IMG/VR virus record: IMGVR_UViG_2713896729_000006
Coordinates: 1 to 18,239 of that record
Origin: a virus
Taxonomy: Duplodnaviria; Heunggongvirae; Uroviricota; Caudoviricetes
Length of the DNA stretch: 18,239 bases
Reading direction: 5' to 3' (one strand)
Notes under the pieces: generated by a model
What the model was told of the DNA's origin: nothing
What the model saw: only the letters and a program-made list of their open reading frames with translations
The model's database searches: none
Part shown: positions 1 to 6,870 of the stretch, one piece after another
Position numbering within the stretch: the stretch's first letter is position 1
Layout: each line of letters opens with the position of its first letter
Program-made: the position numbers and the translations under genes

Positions 1-1326
1 ATGGCGCTTTCAAGACAAAAATTTACCTTCGAAAGACTTCGCAGATTCACCTTACCGGAAGGGAAAAAACAAACTTTTCTTTGGGATGCAGATGTAACAA
101 CCCTGGCATGCCGAGCAACTAGCGGAGCAAAAGCCTTTGTATTCCAAAGCGTATATGCGGGGAAAACCCTTCGCATGACTATTGGCAATATTAACGACTG
201 GAAGATTGATGATGCGAGAGCCGAGGCAAGACGGATACAAACATTGATCGATACAGGGATAGATCCACGAGTTGCTAAGGCTGTAAAAATCGCAGAAGCA
301 GAATCCCTGCAGGCAGAATCACGTAAAACAAAAGTGACTTTCTCCGTCGCCTGGGAAGACTATCTTCAAGAATTGAGAACCGGTATCAGTGCAAAAACTA
401 AACGCCCATATTCTACTCGATACATTGCCGATCACATTAACTTGTCCAGTCGTGGAGGCGAAAGTAAAAAAAGAGGCCAAGGCCCGACTTCGGCTGGACC
501 ATTGGCTAGTTTGCTCAACCTGCCGTTATCGGAGCTAACCCCAGATTACATAGCAGCGTGGCTGAGTACAGAAAGGCAAAATAGACCTACCGTCACTGCT
601 CACGCTTATCGCCTACTACGTGCTTTCATCAAATGGAGTAATTATCAGAAAAAATATCAAGGGATCATTCCTGGCGATCTGGCACAAGATTACAACGTAA
701 GAAAAATGGTTCCCGTGTCAGCGAGTAAAGCTGATGATTGCCTGCAAAAGGAACAACTAAAAAGCTGGTTTAGTGCCGTGCGTAGCCTCAATAATCCTAT
801 TGCATCGGCCTATCTCCAAGTACTTTTGCTCACTGGTGCTCGGCGTGAAGAAATTGCGTCGCTTCGCTGGTCAGACGTAGATTTCAAATGGTCAAGCATG
901 CGAATTAAAGACAAGATCGAAGGTGAACGTATCATCCCTCTCACTCCTTATGTTTCTGAATTGTTAAATGTACTAGCGCAATCCCCAAATTCTGACGTAA
1001 ATAAGGAGGGTTGGGTTTTCAGAAGTAACAGTAAAAGTGGCAAAATTATTGAGCCGCGTTCAGCGCACAACAGAGCGTTAGTGCTGGCTGAGTTACCACA
1101 TATCAGCCTTCACGGTTTACGTCGTAGTTTTGGTACTTTGGCCGAGTGGGTTGAAGTTCCCACTGGTATTGTTGCTCAAATTATGGGACACAAACCCAGC
1201 GCTCTTGCCGAAAAACACTATCGCCGTCGTCCGTTAGATCTGTTACGAAAATGGCACGAGAAAATTGAGACATGGATCTTAAATGAAGCAGGTATTACCA
1301 TAAAAAACAACGTTGATATGCGTTGA
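1..1326 (+). CDS. Tyrosine-type site-specific integrase (genomic-island / P4-like family, IntF-like)
   Basis: 441-aa ORF starting at window position 1. C-terminal catalytic region carries tyrosine-recombinase motifs (LLLTGARREE, HGLRRSFGTLA, KHYRR). N-terminal region resembles the arm-binding domain of island integrases. Any cognate tRNA/att site would lie upstream of the window. Confidence 0.9.
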   Translation: MALSRQKFTFERLRRFTLPEGKKQTFLWDADVTTLACRATSGAKAFVFQSVYAGKTLRMTIGNINDWKIDDARAEARRIQTLIDTGIDPRVAKAVKIAEAESLQAESRKTKVTFSVAWEDYLQELRTGISAKTKRPYSTRYIADHINLSSRGGESKKRGQGPTSAGPLASLLNLPLSELTPDYIAAWLSTERQNRPTVTAHAYRLLRAFIKWSNYQKKYQGIIPGDLAQDYNVRKMVPVSASKADDCLQKEQLKSWFSAVRSLNNPIASAYLQVLLLTGARREEIASLRWSDVDFKWSSMRIKDKIEGERIIPLTPYVSELLNVLAQSPNSDVNKEGWVFRSNSKSGKIIEPRSAHNRALVLAELPHISLHGLRRSFGTLAEWVEVPTGIVAQIMGHKPSALAEKHYRRRPLDLLRKWHEKIETWILNEAGITIKNNVDMR

Positions 1327-1442
1327 TTCCATTAAAAATCAACATATTACAAAATATCATCAACTATTGATCAAGATAGATTTTCATGTATCGTAATACA
1401 CAGTTTAGTCAATGATACAGCAACTACACAGGAGATAAGCCA

Positions 1443-1883
1443 ATGGCAACCCCAGCAACTGTATCCATAGAACCCACTCTGGCAGCTATCAGAGCTCGCT
1501 GGTGTATTAATTCAAGTAAAACAACTCAATCCTTTAACGATCCTGCGTCCATGGAAGAGGTTGTCGAGTATCTCAAAGGAACATACTCAGCTCTTCGCAA
1601 GTCTGTCGCATGCGCCAAACTGAAAATTTTACATCTTAAACAAAGAATGCAAAATGCTACTAACTTTCTCGCGCGTCTGATGTCATGTAAAAATCAGGCA
1701 TCCAGATCGCATCACAGTACGGCTAAATCAGCTAAAAGTGCCTTATCATCAGATTCAGGTGATGGTAGTGACCCCGACCCCGAGCCCGAAACGTTTCCTT
1801 CTGCCTTCATTACTACCCCTACTAATTCAATAATGCTTAAAGCTTTCTTTGCCAATATCTCAATCACTGAGGTGGCAAAATGA
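1443..1883 (+). CDS. yagN: Hypothetical protein (146 aa), acidic Ser/Asp/Pro-rich C-terminal half; size and position match YagN of the CP4-6 prophage
   Basis: ORF preceded by AGGAGA about 9 nt upstream of the ATG; stop overlaps the next start (ATGA). Symbol assigned from recalled size and gene order (146/284/232/208 aa run next to an integrase), not from a search. Confidence 0.55.
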   Translation: MATPATVSIEPTLAAIRARWCINSSKTTQSFNDPASMEEVVEYLKGTYSALRKSVACAKLKILHLKQRMQNATNFLARLMSCKNQASRSHHSTAKSAKSALSSDSGDGSDPDPEPETFPSAFITTPTNSIMLKAFFANISITEVAK

Positions 1884-2104
1884 GCGCATTCAAACTCCCG
1901 GATACATCTCAATCACAGCTCATTTCAACAGCTGAGTTAGCTAAAATCATTAGCTACAAATCTCAAACCATTCGTAAATGGCTTTGTCAGGACAAATTGC
2001 CTGAGGGGCTACCTCGCCCAAAACAAATCAATGGCCGCCATTACTGGTTACGTAAAGATGTCCTCGATTTTATAGATACATTTTCTGTACGAGAAAGTCT
2101 GTAA
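1880..2104 (+). CDS. AlpA/excisionase-family helix-turn-helix DNA-binding protein (74 aa)
   Basis: Small ORF coupled to the upstream gene by an ATGA overlap. The segment LISTAELAKIISYKSQTIRKWL...GRHYWLRKDVLDFI fits the AlpA / phage excisionase HTH pattern. Position just downstream of the integrase is typical. Confidence 0.7.
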   Translation: MSAFKLPDTSQSQLISTAELAKIISYKSQTIRKWLCQDKLPEGLPRPKQINGRHYWLRKDVLDFIDTFSVRESL

Positions 2105-2140
2105 TAAATTACAGATTTAATTTTATTGATTTATAGCGAT

Positions 2141-2165
2141 GTTGCCCCGAGAAAAATGGGGCAAC
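2141..2165 (+). terminator. GC-rich hairpin downstream of the AlpA-like gene; possible weak intrinsic terminator or regulatory hairpin
   Basis: GTTGCCCC (2141-2148), 9-nt loop GAGAAAAAT, GGGGCAAC (2158-2165). The downstream U-tract is poor (ACTGAGAAATTT), so efficiency is uncertain. Confidence 0.3.
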
Positions 2166-2222
2166 ACTGAGAAATTTCAGATAGTAGTTTTATATTGAGA
2201 TAACAAAGAGGTTTCCTTAAAA

Positions 2223-3077
2223 ATGTCTAATAGTGTTACTAATTTTGAGATGAGCAGCGTTCTACCAGGAAAAAAACCTTGTCAAGGCAAAAACAATGAG
2301 TCACAGGTAGTACAGACTACTCCCATAAAAAAACACTCAGTCACGTTCAAAAATCAATCTTCATTAGGAGTAATTGATCATTATGCCAGACTAACAAATA
2401 AATCTCACTCTTCCGTAATAGCGGAAGTTGTGGATTTGGCTATCCCTATATTAGAAAAATGCAATCGTCATAACTGGTCAATAAATGAAATAAAAAATGA
2501 CCTGTTAAAGTTCTCTATAAAAGAAAGCATCAATCGAAGCCGAGGTAAAACAGAAGTAACTCTGGAAGAGTACTGTTCGTTAATCTGGAAAACGAACATC
2601 ATGAGTCCATTAAAAATCCCCATTGCAGATTACTTTCAACTGAACGCTAATGATGAATTCATGGGGAAAGATGAAAAAACAGTTATACGTGAAAGGCTAT
2701 CCTCGCTGAGGGAAAATTACGATATGGAAAAAGCCATTTACATTTACAATCAACGACATTTTAATGTAAAGCATCAAAGTGTCTCAGGATATTCAAACAT
2801 TATTCTTATTCATAGAACAACCTTTGAGGATTATTACTTTGATGTCGGGCAGACTCTACTCTTGTCAACATCCCAATTAATTATATTCGGGATAAATGAA
2901 GTTCTTAGAAGAAAGGGGATTGTTATGCCTTATCCGGTTGTTTGTTGGATTGATATTTACCATGTCAATGAGATGGTGGTTATGCTGCCAGTGATCCGTA
3001 AAACAGATGTTTCCAACCGTGTTAATGCACCGGATGACATCATTATAAACCCATACTCACAGGAGAGCAGAACCTAA
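2223..3077 (+). CDS. yagM: Hypothetical protein (284 aa) with a putative N-terminal ribbon-helix-helix-like segment; YagM-like
   Basis: AT-rich ORF with AAAGAGG upstream of the ATG. Residues ~38-75 (HSVTFKNQSSLGVIDHYARLTNKSHSSVIAEVVDLAIPILE) resemble an RHH (CopG/Arc-like) beta-strand plus two helices. Remainder has no recognisable motif. Symbol from recalled size/order only. Confidence 0.6.
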   Translation: MSNSVTNFEMSSVLPGKKPCQGKNNESQVVQTTPIKKHSVTFKNQSSLGVIDHYARLTNKSHSSVIAEVVDLAIPILEKCNRHNWSINEIKNDLLKFSIKESINRSRGKTEVTLEEYCSLIWKTNIMSPLKIPIADYFQLNANDEFMGKDEKTVIRERLSSLRENYDMEKAIYIYNQRHFNVKHQSVSGYSNIILIHRTTFEDYYFDVGQTLLLSTSQLIIFGINEVLRRKGIVMPYPVVCWIDIYHVNEMVVMLPVIRKTDVSNRVNAPDDIIINPYSQESRT

Positions 3078-3103
3078 GAGGTAACAAAGAAGGACAAACA
3101 ATT

Positions 3104-3802
3104 ATGAGAGGTAAAATACTACTTTACCACTCAAAGTATCGCTGGCAATCACGCTCTATTTTTGGTTATTTTTTATACAAAATAACATTATTCAGGTATC
3201 AAAAAATAATTTATGACACCGGAGTGCATCAGATGCGTTCATTTTTTTACACCATATGCAGTAGCGAACAGCAAGAAAGCATTACAGATCATCACTCACT
3301 TGCTGAGATATGCCAAAAATTTAATATTCTACCTGAACATGTTGTGATCGAGCAGGTAGATATTAAAGAGGTTGTTTCAGAGCAACGTTTACTCAGACAA
3401 TTGATTCATCATGAAATGAACCGGCAGGACACGCTTGTCATTCCAGATCTAAGCTGTCTTGGCAGAACTGTGGAGGACTTACAGAATATTTTATTTTTTT
3501 GCCTTCAAAAAGAAATGTTTATCTACAGCTACCATCCAGCTTCAAGGATAGAGCCTTCTGCTGAAAGTTGCTTGTCTTTTTTGATTGCTCGTCAGGATAC
3601 GATTGACATTCACAATCTGAAATCAACTAAAAGCCGATATCGACATGTTAAGAAGAAATTAGGACGAAAGGAGGGAAGCAAATACCGACGTGATATCACA
3701 ATACTTAAGAAAGGTGGATTTACTCAGGCTGAGATTGCAAAGAAATTGAGTATCAGTTTATCGACTGTGAAGCGGCACTGGAATAACGGAATCATCGGTT
3801 AA
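3104..3802 (+). CDS. yagL: Serine-recombinase (resolvase/invertase)-like protein with C-terminal HTH; catalytic arginines substituted, so probably a non-catalytic DNA-binding protein; YagL-like
   Basis: FFYTICSSEQQ aligns to the resolvase YARVSTxxQ motif (Ser retained, Arg replaced by Ile). DTLVIPDLSCLGRT aligns to DTLVVxKLDRLGRS (first Arg replaced). C-terminal GGFTQAEIAKKLSISLSTVKRHW is a resolvase-type HTH. A resolvase-length protein would start at the internal Met at 3233 (MRSFFYT...); the 232-aa ORF from 3104 has the better SD (AAGAAGGA). Confidence 0.7.
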   Translation: MRGKILLYHSKYRWQSRSIFGYFLYKITLFRYQKIIYDTGVHQMRSFFYTICSSEQQESITDHHSLAEICQKFNILPEHVVIEQVDIKEVVSEQRLLRQLIHHEMNRQDTLVIPDLSCLGRTVEDLQNILFFCLQKEMFIYSYHPASRIEPSAESCLSFLIARQDTIDIHNLKSTKSRYRHVKKKLGRKEGSKYRRDITILKKGGFTQAEIAKKLSISLSTVKRHWNNGIIG

Positions 3803-3899
3803 TTCCAGAAGCTAATTGCAGAGTAACTTTTTAACAGCCATCACAGGCTGGGGCTACCTTCGTCTCAAATTTAGATGTTGGATAGGTATTATAATGGCA

Positions 3900-4071
3900 T
3901 TGTGTACTCTTACTACCTGTATTCACCAGTAAGAGTAGTAATCAGATCAGTATATCCGTACTAAGATCTGATACCAGTATATACCGACAACAGTGACCAG
4001 GAATAGCCCTGCCTGTATGGCATCCCTGTACGGTCTGCTATAGACCGTAGGACCAAATACAGGTATATATT
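3900..4071 (+). promoter_or_regulatory. Intergenic control region upstream of the yagK-like gene with three hairpin-forming inverted repeats and reiterated CTGTA/TACAG motifs
   Basis: Inverted repeats TACTCTTACT/AGTAAGAGTA (3905-3914 / 3928-3937), ATCAGATC/GATCTGAT (3941-3948 / 3965-3972) and TACGGTCT/AGACCGTA (4029-4036 / 4042-4049). Motifs CCTGTATTC, CCTGTATGG, CCTGTACGG and ATACAGGTA recur across the region. Confidence 0.4.
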
Positions 4072-4698
4072 ATGAAAACATATCAAGGTACTCATGGAGT
4101 ACATATCCTCGAATATCAGATCAAGATTAAAAAATTATTATGTTATTTGACTAACCGTTACCCCAGGTTAACGGCGGTACGTGTCGATCTGCATTATCCG
4201 AAGATAGTCGATAACGGAGACAATATCTGCTGTTTCCCTAATCTTGAACCAGGGGTGATATCCCGAATGCGTGATTCCCTCAGAGCTAAACTGGAGGCTG
4301 ACCGTACCCGTAAGGAGCGTGAAGGTAAACGCATCTACCGTTGCCCTTTATTTATTATATGGGCGAAAGAGTATTCTGAATCAGGTAAATGCCACTATCA
4401 CATTTGCCTGTTGTTCAACAAAGACGCTTACTACCACCTCGGGGATTACGATCAGCACGATAACCTGAGAGGGATGATTACGGGAGCGTGGTACAGCGCC
4501 CTGAGACTGGAGAGAGACGATCACCCAGGTCTGGTCCATTTTCCTGATAACTGTAAGTACGTGCTGGATACCAATAATGCTGACTTCCAGCATAACTACC
4601 AAGCGCTGTTAACCCGACTGGATTACCTCACCAAAGTCGAAAGCAAAGTGTTTGGTGAAGGAGACCGTAACTTCGGCTGTAGCCAAATCGATCTGTAA
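4072..4698 (+). CDS. yagK: YagK/YfjJ-family protein (inovirus Gp2-like family), 208 aa
   Basis: 208-aa ORF with the Cys/His-rich pattern of this family (CCFPN..., GKCHYHICLLFNKDAYYHLG). Size and position after the recombinase-like gene match yagK (and paralog yfjJ) of K-12 cryptic prophages. Assignment from memory. Confidence 0.65.
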   Translation: MKTYQGTHGVHILEYQIKIKKLLCYLTNRYPRLTAVRVDLHYPKIVDNGDNICCFPNLEPGVISRMRDSLRAKLEADRTRKEREGKRIYRCPLFIIWAKEYSESGKCHYHICLLFNKDAYYHLGDYDQHDNLRGMITGAWYSALRLERDDHPGLVHFPDNCKYVLDTNNADFQHNYQALLTRLDYLTKVESKVFGEGDRNFGCSQIDL

Positions 4699-4707
4699 GT
4701 CGGCAAT

Positions 4708-4737
4708 GGCCTTCTCTTTGTGGGAAGGCCTATTTTA
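4708..4737 (+). terminator. Putative rho-independent terminator after the yagK-like gene
   Basis: GGCCTTC (4708-4714), 9-nt loop, GAAGGCC (4724-4730), followed by TATTTTA (4731-4737). Lies between convergent genes. Confidence 0.5.
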
Positions 4738-4785
4738 CGTCAGAGTTCAATAATATAACCAGCAGATAACCTGCCCCCAGGATCT

Positions 4786-5577
4786 TCAATTTGGTGTGAT
4801 TTTTCCACTTTCAGTCATGATAGCGATTGCTTCGTCGATAGTCTGTGTTGTAAAGAGCGAGTTTTCCCTACAGTCCTTGCGAATCACCTTCCTGTTTTTT
4901 TGCACAGAAATGTTCTCGCACCAAGCTAATGTTTCGGCGGCATGCTTTTCTTCCATGCTAATGTCCAAAAAAGCGAGGCGGCTATCAAGGGATTGCATAT
5001 CCTCATTGACAATTGAAGGACTGGATTCTAGGAGGTTCAAACGGTTTTCAACATCGGCAACCTTGCCTTTCACCTGTGAGACGTCTTCCACCAATTTTTC
5101 ATGTCTGTGGATAGCATCAGCAAGTGCTCGTGAGTTTTGGGCCAATATTTCAGCCATTTGCGCGAGGGCAGATCCTTTTGCTTCTGGCGGTGGTGGATAT
5201 ACTCCATGTTTAGTCAACGATGGTATGACCTCATGGAATAACCATTTTTGAAAGCGCTTACCAGCCGCGCTTCGGTCACTCGACATAACTCGATACAAAC
5301 CTGGTTGGGTGACGAAGATCTCTTTCTGACCTTCAAAAACACCATTTTCAGCATCTGTAGTAATATACTCATCGGGGTCAAGAGCCTGTAATTGCGCCCT
5401 GATTATTCCAGCCATCGATTTTACTGTGTAATCAGCGTTGATTTCTCTATTTTCTTTATTCAGCGTGATTAAAACATCTCGTAGTGAGATATATAGAATC
5501 TCACCAAGTATCAATGTTCTTAGATCACTTTCACCAGTCTCACCACGGTAACATATCTTGGTCAGGTTACTATTCAT
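4786..5577 (-). CDS. Bro-N / antirepressor-like domain protein (263 aa) with coiled-coil C-terminal half
   Basis: N-terminal region with ...FQKWLFHEVIPSLTKHGVY..., matching the Bro-N/KilA-N-type consensus (WV..eVLP.iRk.G.Y). C-terminal half is heptad-like and charged. GTGAGGA lies 3-4 nt before the ATG. Confidence 0.65.
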   Translation of the reverse strand: MNSNLTKICYRGETGESDLRTLILGEILYISLRDVLITLNKENREINADYTVKSMAGIIRAQLQALDPDEYITTDAENGVFEGQKEIFVTQPGLYRVMSSDRSAAGKRFQKWLFHEVIPSLTKHGVYPPPPEAKGSALAQMAEILAQNSRALADAIHRHEKLVEDVSQVKGKVADVENRLNLLESSPSIVNEDMQSLDSRLAFLDISMEEKHAAETLAWCENISVQKNRKVIRKDCRENSLFTTQTIDEAIAIMTESGKITPN

Positions 5578-5632
5578 TGATCCTCACATCGCAAAGTATA
5601 GGCACATTCAAATCAGTATCTTTTTTCCTGTG

Positions 5633-5665
5633 CTGTTCTGAGGTGAGTATATCACCTCAGAACAG
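5633..5665. promoter_or_regulatory. Perfect 14-bp inverted repeat with 5-nt spacer between the end of the operon and the Bro-N gene start; candidate operator and/or RNA hairpin
   Basis: CTGTTCTGAGGTGA (5633-5646), GTATA, TCACCTCAGAACAG (5652-5665). No U-tract follows on either strand, so not a canonical intrinsic terminator. Confidence 0.45.
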
Positions 5666-5691
5666 GTGGCCAAATTCGGTGTGTCACTTCA

Positions 5692-6870
5692 CTATGCCTT
5701 CACCAGTTTCGCAGACATGGGGTCATAAACATACCCAATGATGCTACCATCCTTAATACGTGCAACAGCCTCATCGATAACGAATAACGGAACGAGAAAC
5801 CATTCCTCGGGCTGTACTGGATGGCCGAAACGGTCGTTAATGGTAATGTTAAGCCTTGCGGGTGCAAACAACCTGTGAAACAGGTTTTCCATCCGGGTGC
5901 GGTTGATGCCTGCAAGCTTGTATGAAGCTACTACCTCGACCTTCGCTAACAGATAGGTGGAATCGTGTTCCGCATTGGCAATACGCGCCTCTACTTTGCC
6001 GCCAGTCACTCCAATCTTGTGAATGACATCACGATGTTCAGCTACATAAGGGTTATCAGATAGCGAACGCAACACATAAATGGTGCCACTTTCTAGATCG
6101 CTCTCTTCTAGAGCATCGCTGAATAAAGGCCCCATGTCTGGATCGGTAATTCGGCGTGCTGTTTCGTCTTTATACAAAGCACGAACCAGTGACAGCCGAA
6201 GTAGGTTGCTTTCCGTACCATTCGAGTAAATGACACGCAGTCGAGCATCTTTCTTCCCCTGTGGCGAATCGAACTCTTCACCTTCCTCAGCCACATAAGC
6301 CGTTTGACCATCCAGGATGAACCAATGGCCCACTTCAATCGTTGCATACTGTCCAAAAGGTCGGGTCACTCTTAACCCTGAACTTAGATCACTGCGCACC
6401 TGTTCAAATAGCGGTTTGAATGTATCAAAATCCTCGCACGGCTTGCGATCCGCGATCCCTTGTACAGCACGCTTTTCGGAGCTAGCACGAACATGACGCA
6501 AGACTGTGATATCGTCCTCGCTGGTAACATCCGCCAGTTCGGCAGCCAAATTATCGATATCGATAAATTCGTCCGCTGACTCCGCTCCCTCCCCCCCTCC
6601 GGCCAACAAGCCCTGATGATCCAGCGGCTCTAGCAAGGCACGGCAGTCTGGGAGACTGCGTAGCCGGTCGAGCCGCACTGCATAGAGGCGCTCGAAGATC
6701 TCACGATCTTCGCCGTGTTGCGGCGCACGTCCATGTTGGTCAGCGAAGCGCTGGATTTCCTCAAAACCTGCGATGATGCGTTCCTCGCTGGCTGGACGTC
6801 CTTTTTTCTTCTCCGGTGGTGCAAATTCGGCAAGTTCTGCCGCCAAATCGTCTAAATCAGAATTACTCAT
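5692..6870 (-). CDS. GIY-YIG-like (T5orf172-type) domain protein, about 392 aa; third gene of the methyltransferase-helicase operon (B. subtilis YeeC-like)
   Basis: C-terminal region GTIYVLRSLSDNPYVAEHRDVIHKIGVTGGKVEARIANAEHDSTYLLAKVEV fits the GIY-(x10)-YIG-like/T5orf172 pattern with a following conserved Arg. The ATG at 6870 (MSNSDLDD...) overlaps the helicase stop (ATGAGTAA), so it is preferred over the longer ORF start at 6936. N-terminus carries two copies of a D(L/I)D(D/N)LAAELA(E/D) motif. Confidence 0.65.
   Translation of the reverse strand: MSNSDLDDLAAELAEFAPPEKKKGRPASEERIIAGFEEIQRFADQHGRAPQHGEDREIFERLYAVRLDRLRSLPDCRALLEPLDHQGLLAGGGEGAESADEFIDIDNLAAELADVTSEDDITVLRHVRASSEKRAVQGIADRKPCEDFDTFKPLFEQVRSDLSSGLRVTRPFGQYATIEVGHWFILDGQTAYVAEEGEEFDSPQGKKDARLRVIYSNGTESNLLRLSLVRALYKDETARRITDPDMGPLFSDALEESDLESGTIYVLRSLSDNPYVAEHRDVIHKIGVTGGKVEARIANAEHDSTYLLAKVEVVASYKLAGINRTRMENLFHRLFAPARLNITINDRFGHPVQPEEWFLVPLFVIDEAVARIKDGSIIGYVYDPMSAKLVKA

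Noticed and set aside
1712-1912. 66-aa minus-strand ORF overlapping the yagN-like and AlpA-like genes
   Set aside because: Antisense to two coupled plus-strand genes; translation is low-complexity (Gly/Ser-rich) and mirrors the acidic repeat on the other strand.
4796-5251. 151-aa plus-strand ORF overlapping the Bro-N gene
   Set aside because: Antisense to the Bro-N coding sequence, which carries recognisable conserved motifs; no support for the plus-strand frame.
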